Shown here piece after piece: positions 36,100 to 51,800 of a stretch of 64,000 bases of DNA (the first letter of the stretch is position 1; every line of letters starts with the position of its first letter). The stretch is from contig JAUCBJ010006846.1 in the NCBI GenBank assembly GCA_032718475.1, positions 1 to 64,000 on the forward strand. Direction: 5' to 3'. This DNA comes from Nemertoderma westbladi. Taxonomy: Eukaryota > Animalia > Xenacoelomorpha. The notes beneath the pieces were generated by a model. It was not told the DNA's origin, did no database searches, and saw only the letters and a list, made by a program, of their open reading frames with translations. A program made the position numbers and the translations under genes.

Positions 36100-36490
36100 G
36101 TTGGCTTGTCTGGGTAGAGTCCCGCGCACGACTGGTTGCTAGTGATAGCCTCTGGAACACGAAAGAGGTTGAGCGTGGCTCGCCGGTGGCTCGAGCAATC
36201 CTACGTCCAATCTCGTTTAAAATGGCTGTTCCCTCCTCTGCTATGGGCCCGAGGGTTTCAGTGGCTATGGTGGCGCTGATATAGTTGTGTTGGAGATCTG
36301 CATATTTGTTGCCCTTGGTGGTTTCGGCTAAGGCTGCGGCGGCACCAGCCTGATGTGCTGCGGAGGTGTGATGGTGCAAGGGTGTCCCTCCATGTGTAGT
36401 GTAATCCCACACCAATGGTTTACCTAATGACCAGGGGGCTAGGGACATGCCGTCTGGTTTCTTCCCGTCTCTGGCTATGCCTCGCGGTGA
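36100..36490 (-). mobile_element. CRE-clade-like non-LTR retrotransposon C-terminal fragment (restriction-like endonuclease domain)
   Basis: PRGIARDGKKPDGMSLAPWSLGKPLVWDYT...AGAAAALAETTK..KY..L...ETLGP...GEPRSTSFVFQRLSLA matches the RPDG/WD.T/K..KY RLE signature. No RT is present. Confidence 0.8.
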
Positions 36491-36680
36491 GATATTTAAA
36501 TTATAGTCGGGTAGGTTGTTGAACTGCTCACTTGGTTATGATTACTATGAGATTGAACAGAAAGTGGCACTAGGTACCACCACAAACTATCGTTAGTATC
36601 TGTTATTCGTTCACCTATTGAACAAGGAGATTATTAGTTCTGCTGAATAAGATTAGTAAATTATGTAAAAGTGTTCAATT

Positions 36681-36886
36681 TAGGGAAAGGAGCAGGTTGC
36701 AATGGGACGTTATTATATCCAAAACAATAAACGCAAGTCATTGTAATAAGTTACGGCTGCATTTTTGGGAGTAATCAGCAGTTAGTTGCGTAGATTTCCC
36801 CCATCTGAAGTTTACCTCAGTCATAATTGAAACACTTACTTGTCCTGGGTTTGCTGGCTCTCAATCTACATCGGACTTCTCCAGTC
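36681..36886 (+). mobile_element. Terminus of the TAGGGAAAGG element family leading directly into the 75-bp satellite
   Basis: It is similar to the reverse complements of 6720-6777 and 8830-8982. Confidence 0.6.
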
Positions 36887-39800
36887 AGGATTCTGTTGTC
36901 ACTCGATTCGATTCTAATTAGTTTGAAGAACCTCACTGTTAATTATGATCTCAAACTACATAGGATTCTGTTGTCACGATTCGATTCTAATTAGTTTGAA
37001 GAACCTCACTGATAATTATGCTCTCAAACTACATAGGATTCTGTTGTCACGATTCGATTCTATTTAGTTTGAAGAACCTCACTGTTAATTATGCTCTCAA
37101 ACTACATAGGATTCTGTTGTCACGATTCGATTCTAATTAGTTTGAAGAACCTCACTGTTAATTATGCTCTCAAACTACATAGGATTCTGTTGTCACGATT
37201 CGATTATAATTAGTTTGAAGAACCTCACTGTTAATTATGATCTCAAACTACATAGGATTCTGTTGTCACTCGATTCGATTCTAATTAGGTTGAAGAACCT
37301 CACTGTTAATTATGCTCTCAAACTACATAGGATTCTGTTGTCACTCGATTCGATTCTAATTAGGTTGAAGAACCTCACTGCTAATTATGCTCTCAAACTA
37401 CATAGGATTCTGTTGTCACTCGATTCGATTCTAATTAGGTTGAAGAACCTCACTGTTAATTATGCTCTCAAACTACATAGGATTCTGTTGTCACTCGATT
37501 CGATTCTAATTAGGTTGAAGAACCTCACTGTTAATTATGCTCTCAAACTACATAGGATTCTGTTGTCACTCGATTCGATTCTAATTAGTTTGAAGAACCT
37601 CACTGTTAATTATGCTCTCAAAATACATAGGATTCTGTTGTCACTCGATTCGATTCTAATTAGGTTGAAGAACCTCACTGTTAATTATGCTCTCAAACTA
37701 CATAGGATTCTGTTGTCACACGATTCGATTCTAATTAGTTTGAAGAACCTCACTGCTAATTATGCTCTCAAACTACATAGGATTCTGTTGTCACACGATT
37801 CTATTATAATTAGTTTGAAGAATCTCACTGTTAATTATGCTCTCAAACTACATAGGATTCTGTTGTCACTCGATTCGATTCTAATTAGGTTGAAGAACCT
37901 CACTGTTAATTATGCTCTCAAACTACATAGGATTCTGTTGTCACTCGATTCGATTCTAATTAGGTTGAAGAACCTCACTGTTAATTATGCTCTCAAACTA
38001 CATAGGATTCTGTTGTCACACGATTCGATTCTAATTAGTTTGAAGAACCTCACTGATAATTATGCTCTCAAACTACATAGGATTCTGTTGTCACTCGATT
38101 CGATTCTAATTAGTTTGAAGAACCTCACTGATAATTATGCTCTCAAATTACATAGGATTATGTTGTCACTCGATTCGATTCTAATTAGTTTGAAGAACCT
38201 CACTGTTAATTATGCTCTCAAACTACATAGGATTCTGTTGTCACGATTCGATTCTAATTAGTTTGAAGAACCTCACTGTTAATTATGCTCTCAAACTACA
38301 TAGGATTCTGTTGTCACGATTCGATTCTAATTAGTTTGAAGAACCTCACTGTTAATTATGATCTCAAACTACATAGGATTCTGTTGTCACTCGATTCGAT
38401 TCTAATTAGGTTGAAGAACCTCACTGTTAATTATGCTCTCAAACTACATAGGATTCTGTTGTCACGATTCGATTATAATTAGTTTGAAGAACCTCACTGT
38501 TAATTATGCTCTCAAACTACATAGGATTCTGTTGTCACTCGATTCGATTCTAATTAGGTTGAAGAACCTCACTGTTAATTATGATCTCAAACTACATAGG
38601 ATTCTGTTGTCACGATTCGATTCTAATTAGTTTGAAGAACCTCACTGTTAATTATGCTCTCAAACTACATAGGATTCTGTTGTCACGATTCGATTCTAAT
38701 TAGTTTGAAGAACCTCACTGTTAATTATGATCTCAAACTACATAGGATTCTGTTGTCACTCGATTCGATTCTAATTAGGTTGAAGAACCTCACTGTTAAT
38801 TATGCTCTCAAACTACATAGGATTCTGTTGTCACTCGATTCGATTCTAATTAGGTTGAAGAACCTCACTGTTAATTATGCTCTCAAACTAAATAGGATTC
38901 TGTTGTCACTCGATTCGATTATAATTAGTTTGAAGAACCTCACTGTTAATTATGCTCTCAAAATACATAGGATTCTGTTGTCACTCGATTCGATTCTAAT
39001 TAGGTTGAAGAACCTCACTGTTAATTATGCTCTCAAACTACATAGGATTCTGTTGTCACGATTCGATTCTAATTAGTTTGAAGAACCTCACTGCTAATTA
39101 TGCTCTCAAACTACATAGGATTCTGTTGTCACTCGATTCGATTATAATTAGTTTGAAGAACCTCACTGCTAATTATGCTCTCAAACTACATAGGATTCTG
39201 TTGTCACTCGATTCGATTATAATTAGTTTGAAGAACCTCACTGCTAATTATGCTCTCAAACTACATAGGATTCTGTTGTCACACGATTCGATTCTAATTA
39301 GTTTGAAGAACCTCACTGCTAATTATGCTCTCAAACTACATAGGATTCTGTTGTCACTCGATTCGATTATAATTAGTTTGAAGAACCTCACTGCTAATTA
39401 TGCTCTCAAACTACATAGGATTCTGTTGTCACTCGATTCGATTCTAATTAGTTTGAAGAACCTCACTGTTAATTATGCTCTCAAATTACATAGGATTCTG
39501 TTGTCACTCGATTCGATTATAATTAGTTTGAAGAACCTCACTGTTAATTATGCTCTCAAACTACATAGGATTCTGTTGTCACTCGATTCGATTCTAATTA
39601 GTTTGAAGAACCTCACTGATAATTATGCTCTCAAATTACATAGGATTCTGTTGTCACTCGATTCGATTCTAATTAGTTTGAAGAACCTCACTGATAATTA
39701 TGCTCTCAAACTACATAGGATTCTGTTGTCACTCGATTCGATTCTAATTAGTTTGAAGAACCTCACTGTTAATTATGCTCTCAAACTACATAGGATTCTG

Positions 39801-42800
39801 TTGTCACACGATTCGATTCTAATTAGTTTGAAGAACCTCACTGTTAATTATGCTCTCAAACTACATAGGATTCTGTTGTCACACGATTCGATTCTAATTA
39901 GTTTGAAGAACCTCACTGATAATTATGCTCTCAAATTACATAGGATTCTGTTGTCACTCGATTCGATTCTAATTAGTTTGAAGAACCTCACTGATAATTA
40001 TGCTCTCAAACTACATAGGATTCTGTTGTCACTCGATTCGATTCTAATTAGTTTGAAGAACCTCACTGTTAATTATGCTCTCAAACTACATAGGATTCTG
40101 TTGTCACACGATTCGATTCTAATTAGTTTGAAGAACCTCACTGATAATTATGCTCTCAAACTACATAGGATTCTGTTGTCACTCGATTCGATTCTAATTA
40201 GTTTGAAGAACCTCACTGTTAATTATGCTCTCAAACTACATAGGATTCTGTTGTCACACGATTCGATTCTAATTAGTTTGAAGAACCTCACTGATAATTA
40301 TGCTCTCAAACTACATAGGATTCTGTTGTCACTCGATTCGATTATAATTAGTTTGAAGAACCTCACTGTTAATTATGCTCTCAAACTACATAGGATTCTG
40401 TTGTCACACGATTCGATTCTAATTAGTTTGAAGAACCTCACTGTTAATTATGCTCTCAAACTACATAGGATTCTGTTGTCACACGATTCGATTCTAATTA
40501 GTTTGAAGAACCTCACTGATAATTATGCTCTCAAACTACATAGGATTCTGTTGTCACACGATTCGATTCTAATTAGTTTGAGGAACCTCACTGATAATTA
40601 TGCTCTCAAACTACATAGGATTCTGTTGTCACTCGATTCGATTCTAATTAGTTTGAAGAACCTCACTGTTAATTATGCTCTCAAACTACATAGGATTCTG
40701 TTGTCACACGATTCGATTCTAATTAGTTTGAAGAACCTCACTGATAATTATGCTCTCAAACTACATAGGATTCTGTTGTCACTCGATTCGATTCTAATTA
40801 GTTTGAAGAACCTCACTGATAATTATGCTCTCAAATTACATAGGATTATGTTGTCACTCGATTCGATTCTAATTAGTTTGAAGAACCTCACTGATAATTA
40901 TGCTCTCAAACTACATAGGATTCTGTTGTCACTCGATTCGATTCTAATTAGTTTGAAGAACCTCACTGATAATTATGCTCTCAAACTACATAGGATTCTG
41001 TTGTCACTCGATTCGATTCTAATTAGTTTGAAGAACCTCACTGATAATTATGCTCTCAAACTACATAGGATTCTGTTGTCACTCGATTCGATTCTAATTA
41101 GTTTGAAGAACCTCACTGATAATTATGCTCTCAAACTACATAGGATTCTGTTGTCACTCGATTCGATTCTAATTAGTTTGAAGAACCTCACTGATAATTA
41201 TGCTCTCAAACTACATAGGATTCTGTTGTCACTCGATTCGATTCTAATTAGTTTGAAGAACCTCACTGCTAATTATGCTCTCAAACTACATAGGATTCTG
41301 TTGTCACGATTCGATTATAACTAGGTTGAAGAACCTCACTGTTAATTATGCTCTCAAACTACATAGGATTCTGTTGTCACTCGATTCGATTCTAATTAGT
41401 TTGAAGAACCTCACTGTTAATTATGCTCTCAAACTACATAGGATTCTGTTGTCACTCGATTCGATTCTAATTAGTTTGAAGAACCTCACTGTTAATTATG
41501 CTCTCAAACTACATAGGATTCTGTTGTCACTCGATTCGATTCTAATTAGTTTGAAGAACCTCACTGATAATTATGATCTCAAACTACATAGGATTCTGTT
41601 GTCACTCGATTCGATTCTAATTAGTTTGAAGAACCTCACTGCTAATTATGCTCTCAAACTACATAGGATTCTGTTGTCACTCGATTCGATTATAATTAGT
41701 TTGAAGAACCTCACTGTTAATTATGCTCTCAAACTACATAGGATTCTGTTGTCACTCGATTCGATTCTAATTAGGTTGAAGAACCTCACTGTTAATTATG
41801 CTCTCAAACTACATAGGATTCTGTTGTCACTCGATTCGATTCTAATTAGTTTGAAGAACCTCACTGTTAATTATGCTCTCAAACTACATAGGATTCTGTT
41901 GTCACTCGATTCGATTATAATTAGGTTGAAGAACCTCACTGTTAATTATGATCTCAAACTACATAGGATTCTGTTGTCACTCGATTCGATTCTAATTAGG
42001 TTGAAGAACCTCACTGTTAATTATGCTCTCAAACTACATAGGATTCTGTTGTCACTCGATTCGATTAAATTAGGTTGAAGAACCTCACTGTTAATTATGA
42101 TCTCAAACTACATAGGATTCTGTTGTCACTCGATTCGATTCTATTTAGTTTGAAAAACCTCACTGTTAATTATGCTCTCAAACTACATAGGATTCTGTTG
42201 TCACTCGATTCGATTATAATTAGTTTGAAAAACCTCACTGTTAATTATGCTCTCAAACTACATAGGATTCTGTTGTCACGATTCGATTCTAATTAGTTTG
42301 AAGAACCTCACTGTTAATTATGATCTCAAACTACATAGGATTCTGTTGTCACACGATTCGATTCTAATTAGTTTGAAGAACCTCACTGTTAATTATGCTC
42401 TCAAACTACATAGGATTCTGTTGTCACGATTCGATTAAATTAGGTTGAAGAACCTCACTGTTAATTATGATCTCAAACTACGTAGGATTCTGTTGTCACT
42501 CGATTCGATTAAATTAGGTTGAAGAACCTCACTGTTAATTATGATCTCAAACTACATAGGATTCTGTTGTCACTCGATTCGATTCTATTTAGTTTGAAAA
42601 ACCTCACTGTTAATTATGCTCTCAAACTACATAGGATTCTGTTGTCACTCGATTCGATTATAATTAGGTTGAAGAACCTCACTGCTAATTATGCTCTCAA
42701 ACTACATAGGATTCTGTTGTCACTCGATTCGATTATAATTAGTTTGAAAAACCTCACTGTTAATTATGCTCTCAAACTACATAGGATTCTGTTGTCACTC

Positions 42801-45800
42801 GATTCGATTCTAATTAGGTTGAAGAACCTCACTGTTAATTATGCTCTCAAACTACATAGGATTCTGTTGTCACTCGATTCGATTAAATTAGGTTGAAGAA
42901 CCTCACTGTTAATTATGATCTCAAACTACATAGGATTCTGTTGTCACTCGATTCGATTCTATTTAGTTTGAAAAACCTCACTGTTAATTATGCTCTCAAA
43001 CTACATAGGATTCTGTTGTCACTCGATTCGATTAAATTAGTTTGAAGAACCTCACTGCTAATTATGCTCTCAAAATACATAGGATTCTGTTGTCACACGA
43101 TTCGATTCTAATTAGTTTGAAGAACCTCACTGTTAATTATGCTCTCAAATTACATAGGATTATGTTGTCACTCGATTCGATTCTAATTAGTTTGAAGAAC
43201 CTCACTGTTAATTATGCTCTCAAATTACATAGGATTCTGTTGTCACTCGATTCGATTATAATTAGTTTGAAGAACCTCACTGTTAATTATGCTCTCAAAC
43301 TACATAGGATTCTGTTGTCACTCGATTCGATTCTAATTAGTTTGAAGAACCTCACTGTTAATTATGCTCTCAAACTACATAGGATTCTGTTGTCACACGA
43401 TTCGATTCTAATTAGTTTGAAGAACCTCACTGTTAATTATGCTCTCAAACTACATAGGATTCTGTTGTCACACGATTCGATTCTAATTAGTTTGAAGAAC
43501 CTCACTGATAATTATGCTCTCAAATTACATAGGATTCTGTTGTCACTCGATTCGATTCTAATTAGTTTGAAGAACCTCACTGATAATTATGCTCTCAAAT
43601 TACATAGGATTCTGTTGTCACTCGATTCGATTCTAATTAGTTTGAAGAACCTCACTGTTAATTATGCTCTCAAACTACATAGGATTCTGTTGTCACACGA
43701 TTCGATTCTAATTAGTTTGAAGAACCTCACTGTTAATTATGCTCTCAAATTACATAGGATTCTGTTGTCACTCGATTCGATTCTAATTAGTTTGAAGAAC
43801 CTCACTGTTAATTATGCTCTCAAACTACATAGGATTCTGTTGTCACACGATTCGATTCTAATTAGTTTGAAGAACCTCACTGTTAATTATGCTCTCAAAC
43901 TACATAGGATTCTGTTGTCACACGATTCGATTCTAATTAGTTTGAAGAACCTCACTGATAATTATGCTCTCAAATTACATAGGATTCTGTTGTCACTCGA
44001 TTCGATTCTAATTAGTTTGAAGAACCTCACTGATAATTATGCTCTCAAACTACATAGGATTCTGTTGTCACTCGATTCGATTCTAATTAGTTTGAAGAAC
44101 CTCACTGTTAATTATGCTCTCAAACTACATAGGATTCTGTTGTCACACGATTCGATTCTAATTAGTTTGAAGAACCTCACTGTTAATTATGCTCTCAAAC
44201 TACATAGGATTCTGTTGTCACGATTCGATTCTAATTAGTTTGAAGAACCTCACTGTTAATTATGCTCTCAAACTACATAGGATTCTGTTGTCACTCGATT
44301 CGATTCTAATTAGGTTGAAGAACCTCACTGTTAATTATGCTCTCAAACTACATAGGATTCTGTTGTCACTCGATTCGATTCTAATTAGTTTGAAGAACCT
44401 CACTGATAATTATGCTCTCAAACTACATAGGATTCTGTTGTCACTCGATTCGATTCTAATTAGTTTGAAGAACCTCACTGCTAATTATGCTCTCAAACTA
44501 CATAGGATTCTGTTGTCACTCGATTCGATTATAATTAGTTTGAAGAACCTCACTGATAATTATGCTCTCAAACTACATAGGATTCTGTTGTCACTCGATT
44601 CGATTCTAATTAGTTTGAAGAACCTCACTGATAATTATGCTCTCAAACTACATAGGATTCTGTTGTCACTCGATTCGATTCTAATTAGTTTGAAGAACCT
44701 CACTGTTAATTATGCTCTCAAACTACATAGGATTCTGTTGTCACACGATTCGATTCTAATTAGTTTGAAGAACCTCACTGATAATTATGCTCTCAAACTA
44801 CATAGGATTCTGTTGTCACTCGATTCGATTCTAATTAGTTTGAAGAACCTCACTGCTAATTATGCTCTCAAACTACATAGGATTCTGTTGTCACTCGATT
44901 CGATTATAATTAGTTTGAAGAACCTCACTGATAATTATGCTCTCAAACTATATAGGATTCTGTTGTCACTCGATTCGATTCTAATTAGTTTGAAGAACCT
45001 CACTGATAATTATGCTCTCAAATTACATAGGATTCTGTTGTCACTCGATTCGATTCTAATTAGTTTGAAGAACCTCACTGTTAATTATGCTCTCAAACTA
45101 CATAGGATTCTGTTGTCACACGATTCGATTCTAATTAGTTTGAAGAACCTCACTGTTAATTATGCTCTCAAACTACATAGGATTCTGTTGTCACACGATT
45201 CGATTCTAATTAGTTTGAAGAACCTCACTGATAATTATGCTCTCAAATTACATAGGATTCTGTTGTCACTCGATTCGATTCTAATTAGTTTGAAGAACCT
45301 CACTGATAATTATGCTCTCAAACTACATAGGATTCTGTTGTCACTCGATTCGATTCTAATTAGTTTGAAGAACCTCACTGTTAATTATGCTCTCAAACTA
45401 CATAGGATTCTGTTGTCACACGATTCGATTCTAATTAGTTTGAAGAACCTCACTGTTAATTATGCTCTCAAACTACATAGGATTCTGTTGTCACACGATT
45501 CGATTCTAATTAGTTTGAAGAACCTCACTGATAATTATGCTCTCAAATTACATAGGATTCTGTTGTCACTCGATTCGATTCTAATTAGTTTGAAGAACCT
45601 CACTGATAATTATGCTCTCAAACTACATAGGATTCTGTTGTCACTCGATTCGATTCTAATTAGTTTGAAGAACCTCACTGTTAATTATGCTCTCAAACTA
45701 CATAGGATTCTGTTGTCACACGATTCGATTCTAATTAGTTTGAAGAACCTCACTGTTAATTATGCTCTCAAACTACATAGGATTCTGTTGTCACGATTCG

Positions 45801-48800
45801 ATTCTAATTAGTTTGAAGAACCTCACTGTTAATTATGCTCTCAAACTACATAGGATTCTGTTGTCACTCGATTCGATTCTAATTAGGTTGAAGAACCTCA
45901 CTGTTAATTATGCTCTCAAACTACATAGGATTCTGTTGTCACTCGATTCGATTCTAATTAGTTTGAAGAACCTCACTGATAATTATGCTCTCAAACTACA
46001 TAGGATTCTGTTGTCACTCGATTCGATTCTAATTAGTTTGAAGAACCTCACTGCTAATTATGCTCTCAAACTACATAGGATTCTGTTGTCACTCGATTCG
46101 ATTATAATTAGTTTGAAGAACCTCACTGATAATTATGCTCTCAAACTACATAGGATTCTGTTGTCACTCGATTCGATTCTAATTAGTTTGAAGAACCTCA
46201 CTGATAATTATGCTCTCAAACTACATAGGATTCTGTTGTCACTCGATTCGATTCTAATTAGTTTGAAGAACCTCACTGTTAATTATACTCTCAAACTACA
46301 TAGGATTCTGTTGTCACTCGATTCGATTCTAATTAGGTTGAAGAACCTCACTGTTAATTATGCTCTCAAACTACATAGGATTCTGTTGTCAATCGATTCG
46401 ATTCTAATTAGGTTGAAGAACCTCACTGATAATTATGCTCTCAAACTACATAGGATTCTGTTGTCACTCGATTCGATTCTAATTAGTTTGAAGAACCTCA
46501 CTGTTAATTATGCTCTCAAACTACATAGGATTCTGTTGTCACACGATTCGATTCTAATTAGTTTGAAGAACCTCACTGATAATTATGCTCTCAAACTACA
46601 TAGGATTCTGTTGTCACTCGATTCGATTATAATTAGTTTGAAGAACCTCACTGTTAATTATGCTCTCAAACTACATAGGATTCTGTTGTCACACGATTCG
46701 ATTCTAATTAGTTTGAAGAACCTCACTGTTAATTATGCTCTCAAACTACATAGGATTCTGTTGTCACACGATTCGATTCTAATTAGTTTGAAGAACCTCA
46801 CTGATAATTATGCTCTCAAACTACATAGGATTCTGTTGTCACACGATTCGATTCTAATTAGTTTGAAGAACCTCACTGATAATTATGCTCTCAAACTACA
46901 TAGGATTCTGTTGTCACTCGATTCGATTCTAATTAGTTTGAAGAACCTCACTGTTAATTATGCTCTCAAACTACATAGGATTCTGTTGTCACACGATTCG
47001 ATTCTAATTAGTTTGAAGAACCTCACTGATAATTATGCTCTCAAACTACATAGGATTCTGTTGTCACTCGATTCGATTCTAATTAGTTTGAAGAACCTCA
47101 CTGATAATTATGCTCTCAAATTACATAGGATTATGTTGTCACTCGATTCGATTCTAATTAGTTTGAAGAACCTCACTGATAATTATGCTCTCAAACTACA
47201 TAGGATTCTGTTGTCACTCGATTCGATTCTAATTAGTTTGAAGAACCTCACTGCTAATTATGCTCTCAAACTACATAGGATTCTGCTGTCACGATTCGAT
47301 TATAACTAGGTTGAAGAACCTCACTGTTAATTATGCTCTCAAACTACATAGGATTCTGTTGTCACGATTCGATTCTAATTAGTTTGAAGAACCTCACTGT
47401 TAATTATGCTCTCAAACTACATAGGATTCTGTTGTCACTCGATTCGATTCTAATTAGGTTGAAGAACCTCACTGTTAATTATGCTCTCAAACTACATAGG
47501 ATTCTGTTGTCACTCGATTCGATTCTAATTAGTTTGAAGAACCTCACTGATAATTATGCTCTCAAACTACATAGGATTCTGTTGTCACTCGATTCGATTC
47601 TAATTAGTTTGAAGAACCTCACTGCTAATTATGCTCTCAAACTACATAGGATTCTGTTGTCACTCGATTCGATTATAATTAGTTTGAAGAACCTCACTGT
47701 TAATTATACTCTCAAACTACATAGGATTCTGTTGTCACTCGATTCGATTCTAATTAGGTTGAAGAACCTCACTGTTAATTATGCTCTCAAACTACATAGG
47801 ATTCTGTTGTCACTCGATTCGATTATAATTAGTTTGAAAAACCTCACTGTTAATTATGCTCTCAAACTACATAGGATTCTGTTGTCACTCGATTCGATTA
47901 AATTAGGTTGAAGAACCTCACTGTTAATTATGATCTCAAACTACATAGGATTCTGTTGTCACTCGATTCGATTCTAATTAGGTTGAAGAACCTCACTGTT
48001 AATTATGCTCTCAAACTACATAGGATTCTGTTGTCACTCGATTCGATTCTAATTAGGTTGAAGAACCTCAATGTTAATTATGCTCTCAAACTACATAGGA
48101 TTCTGTTGTCACTCGATTCGATTATAATTAGTTTGAAGAACCTCACTGATAATTATGCTCTCAAACTACATAGGATTCTGTTGTCACTCGATTCGATTCT
48201 AATTAGTTTGAAGAACCTCACTGATAATTATGCTCTCAAACTACATAGGATTCTGTTGTCACTCGATTCGATTCTAATTAGTTTGAAGAACCTCACTGTT
48301 AATTATACTCTCAAACTACATAGGATTCTGTTGTCACTCGATTCGATTCTAATTAGGTTGAAGAACCTCACTGTTAATTATGCTCTCAAACTACATAGGA
48401 TTCTGTTGTCAATCGATTCGATTCTAATTAGGTTGAAGAACCTCACTGATAATTATGCTCTCAAACTACATAGGATTCTGTTGTCACTCGATTCGATTCT
48501 AATTAGTTTGAAGAACCTCACTGTTAATTATGCTCTCAAACTACATAGGATTCTGTTGTCACACGATTCGATTCTAATTAGTTTGAAGAACCTCACTGAT
48601 AATTATGCTCTCAAACTACATAGGATTCTGTTGTCACTCGATTCGATTATAATTAGTTTGAAGAACCTCACTGTTAATTATGCTCTCAAACTACATAGGA
48701 TTCTGTTGTCACACGATTCGATTCTAATTAGTTTGAAGAACCTCACTGTTAATTATGCTCTCAAACTACATAGGATTCTGTTGTCACACGATTCGATTCT

Positions 48801-51800
48801 AATTAGTTTGAAGAACCTCACTGATAATTATGCTCTCAAACTACATAGGATTCTGTTGTCACACGATTCGATTCTAATTAGTTTGAAGAACCTCACTGAT
48901 AATTATGCTCTCAAACTACATAGGATTCTGTTGTCACTCGATTCGATTCTAATTAGTTTGAAGAACCTCACTGTTAATTATGCTCTCAAACTACATAGGA
49001 TTCTGTTGTCACACGATTCGATTCTAATTAGTTTGAAGAACCTCACTGATAATTATGCTCTCAAACTACATAGGATTCTGTTGTCACTCGATTCGATTCT
49101 AATTAGTTTGAAGAACCTCACTGATAATTATGCTCTCAAATTACATAGGATTATGTTGTCACTCGATTCGATTCTAATTAGTTTGAAGAACCTCACTGAT
49201 AATTATGCTCTCAAACTACATAGGATTCTGTTGTCACTCGATTCGATTCTAATTAGTTTGAAGAACCTCACTGCTAATTATGCTCTCAAACTACATAGGA
49301 TTCTGCTGTCACGATTCGATTATAACTAGGTTGAAGAACCTCACTGTTAATTATGCTCTCAAACTACATAGGATTCTGTTGTCACGATTCGATTCTAATT
49401 AGTTTGAAGAACCTCACTGTTAATTATGCTCTCAAACTACATAGGATTCTGTTGTCACTCGATTCGATTCTAATTAGGTTGAAGAACCTCACTGTTAATT
49501 ATGCTCTCAAACTACATAGGATTCTGTTGTCACTCGATTCGATTCTAATTAGTTTGAAGAACCTCACTGATAATTATGCTCTCAAACTACATAGGATTCT
49601 GTTGTCACTCGATTCGATTCTAATTAGTTTGAAGAACCTCACTGCTAATTATGCTCTCAAACTACATAGGATTCTGTTGTCACTCGATTCGATTATAATT
49701 AGTTTGAAGAACCTCACTGTTAATTATACTCTCAAACTACATAGGATTCTGTTGTCACTCGATTCGATTCTAATTAGGTTGAAGAACCTCACTGTTAATT
49801 ATGCTCTCAAACTACATAGGATTCTGTTGTCACTCGATTCGATTATAATTAGTTTGAAAAACCTCACTGTTAATTATGCTCTCAAACTACATAGGATTCT
49901 GTTGTCACTCGATTCGATTAAATTAGGTTGAAGAACCTCACTGTTAATTATGATCTCAAACTACATAGGATTCTGTTGTCACTCGATTCGATTCTAATTA
50001 GGTTGAAGAACCTCACTGTTAATTATGCTCTCAAACTACATAGGATTCTGTTGTCACTCGATTCGATTCTAATTAGGTTGAAGAACCTCAATGTTAATTA
50101 TGCTCTCAAACTACATAGGATTCTGTTGTCACTCGATTCGATTCTAATTAGGTTGAAGAACCTCACTGTTAATTATGATCTCAAACTACATAGGATTCTG
50201 TTGTCACGATTCGATTCTAATTAGTTTGAAGAACCTCACTGTTAATTATGCTCTCAAACTACATAGGATTCTGTTGTCACGATTCGATTCTAATTAGTTT
50301 GAAGAACCTCACTGCTAATTATGCTCTCAAACTACATAGGATTCTGTTGTCGCGATTCGATTCTAATTAGTTTGAAGAACCTCACTGCTAATTATGCTCT
50401 CAAACTACATAGGATTCTGTTGTCACGATTCGATTCTAATTAGTTTGAAGAACCTCACTGCTAATTATGCTCTCAAACTACATAGGATTCTGTTGTCACT
50501 CGATTCGAATCTAATTAGGTTGAAGAACCTCACTGTTAATTATGATCTCAAACTACATAGGATTCTGTTGTCACTCGATTCGATTCTAATTAGGTTGAAG
50601 AACCTCACTGTTAATTATGCTCTCAAACTACATAGGATTCTGTTGTCACGATTCGATTATAATTAGTTTGAAGAACCTCACTGTTAATTATGCTCTCAAA
50701 CTACATAGGATTCTGTTGTCACACGATTCGATTCTAATTAGTTTGAAGAACCTCACTGTTAATTATGCTCTCAAACTACATAGGATTCTGTTGTCACACG
50801 ATTCGATTCTAATTAGTTTGAAGAACCTCACTGATAATTATGCTCTCAAACTACATAGGATTCTGTTGTCACACGATTCGATTCTAATTAGTTTGAAGAA
50901 CCTCACTGATAATTATGCTCTCAAACTACATAGGATTCTGTTGTCACTCGATTCGATTCTAATTAGTTTGAAGAACCTCACTGTTAATTATGCTCTCAAA
51001 CTACATAGGATTCTGTTGTCACACGATTCGATTCTAATTAGTTTGAAGAACCTCACTGATAATTATGCTCTCAAACTACATAGGATTCTGTTGTCACTCG
51101 ATTCGATTCTAATTAGTTTGAAGAACCTCACTGATAATTATGCTCTCAAATTACATAGGATTATGTTGTCACTCGATTCGATTCTAATTAGTTTGAAGAA
51201 CCTCACTGATAATTATGCTCTCAAACTACATAGGATTCTGTTGTCACTCGATTCGATTCTAATTAGTTTGAAGAACCTCACTGCTAATTATGCTCTCAAA
51301 CTACATAGGATTCTGTTGTCACGATTCGATTATAACTGGGTTGAAGAACCTCACTGTTAATTATGCTCTCAAACTACATAGGATTCTGTTGTCACGATTC
51401 GATTCTAATTAGTTTGAAGAACCTCACTGTTAATTATGCTCTCAAACTACATAGGATTCTGTTGTCACTCGATTCGATTCTAATTAGGTTGAAGAACCTC
51501 ACTGTTAATTATGCTCTCAAACTACATAGGATTCTGTTGTCACTCGATTCGATTCTAATTAGTTTGAAGAACCTCACTGATAATTATGCTCTCAAACTAC
51601 ATAGGATTCTGTTGTCACTCGATTCGATTCTAATTAGTTTGAAGAACCTCACTGCTAATTATGCTCTCAAACTACATAGGATTCTGTTGTCACTCGATTC
51701 GATTATAATTAGTTTGAAGAACCTCACTGTTAATTATACTCTCAAACTACATAGGATTCTGTTGTCACTCGATTCGATTCTAATTAGGTTGAAGAACCTC

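Noticed and set aside
36905-36935. TAATTAGTTTGAAG as a spliced-leader-like sequence in the satellite
   Set aside because: The resemblance to nematode SL1 is loose, with no GT donor or Sm site following.
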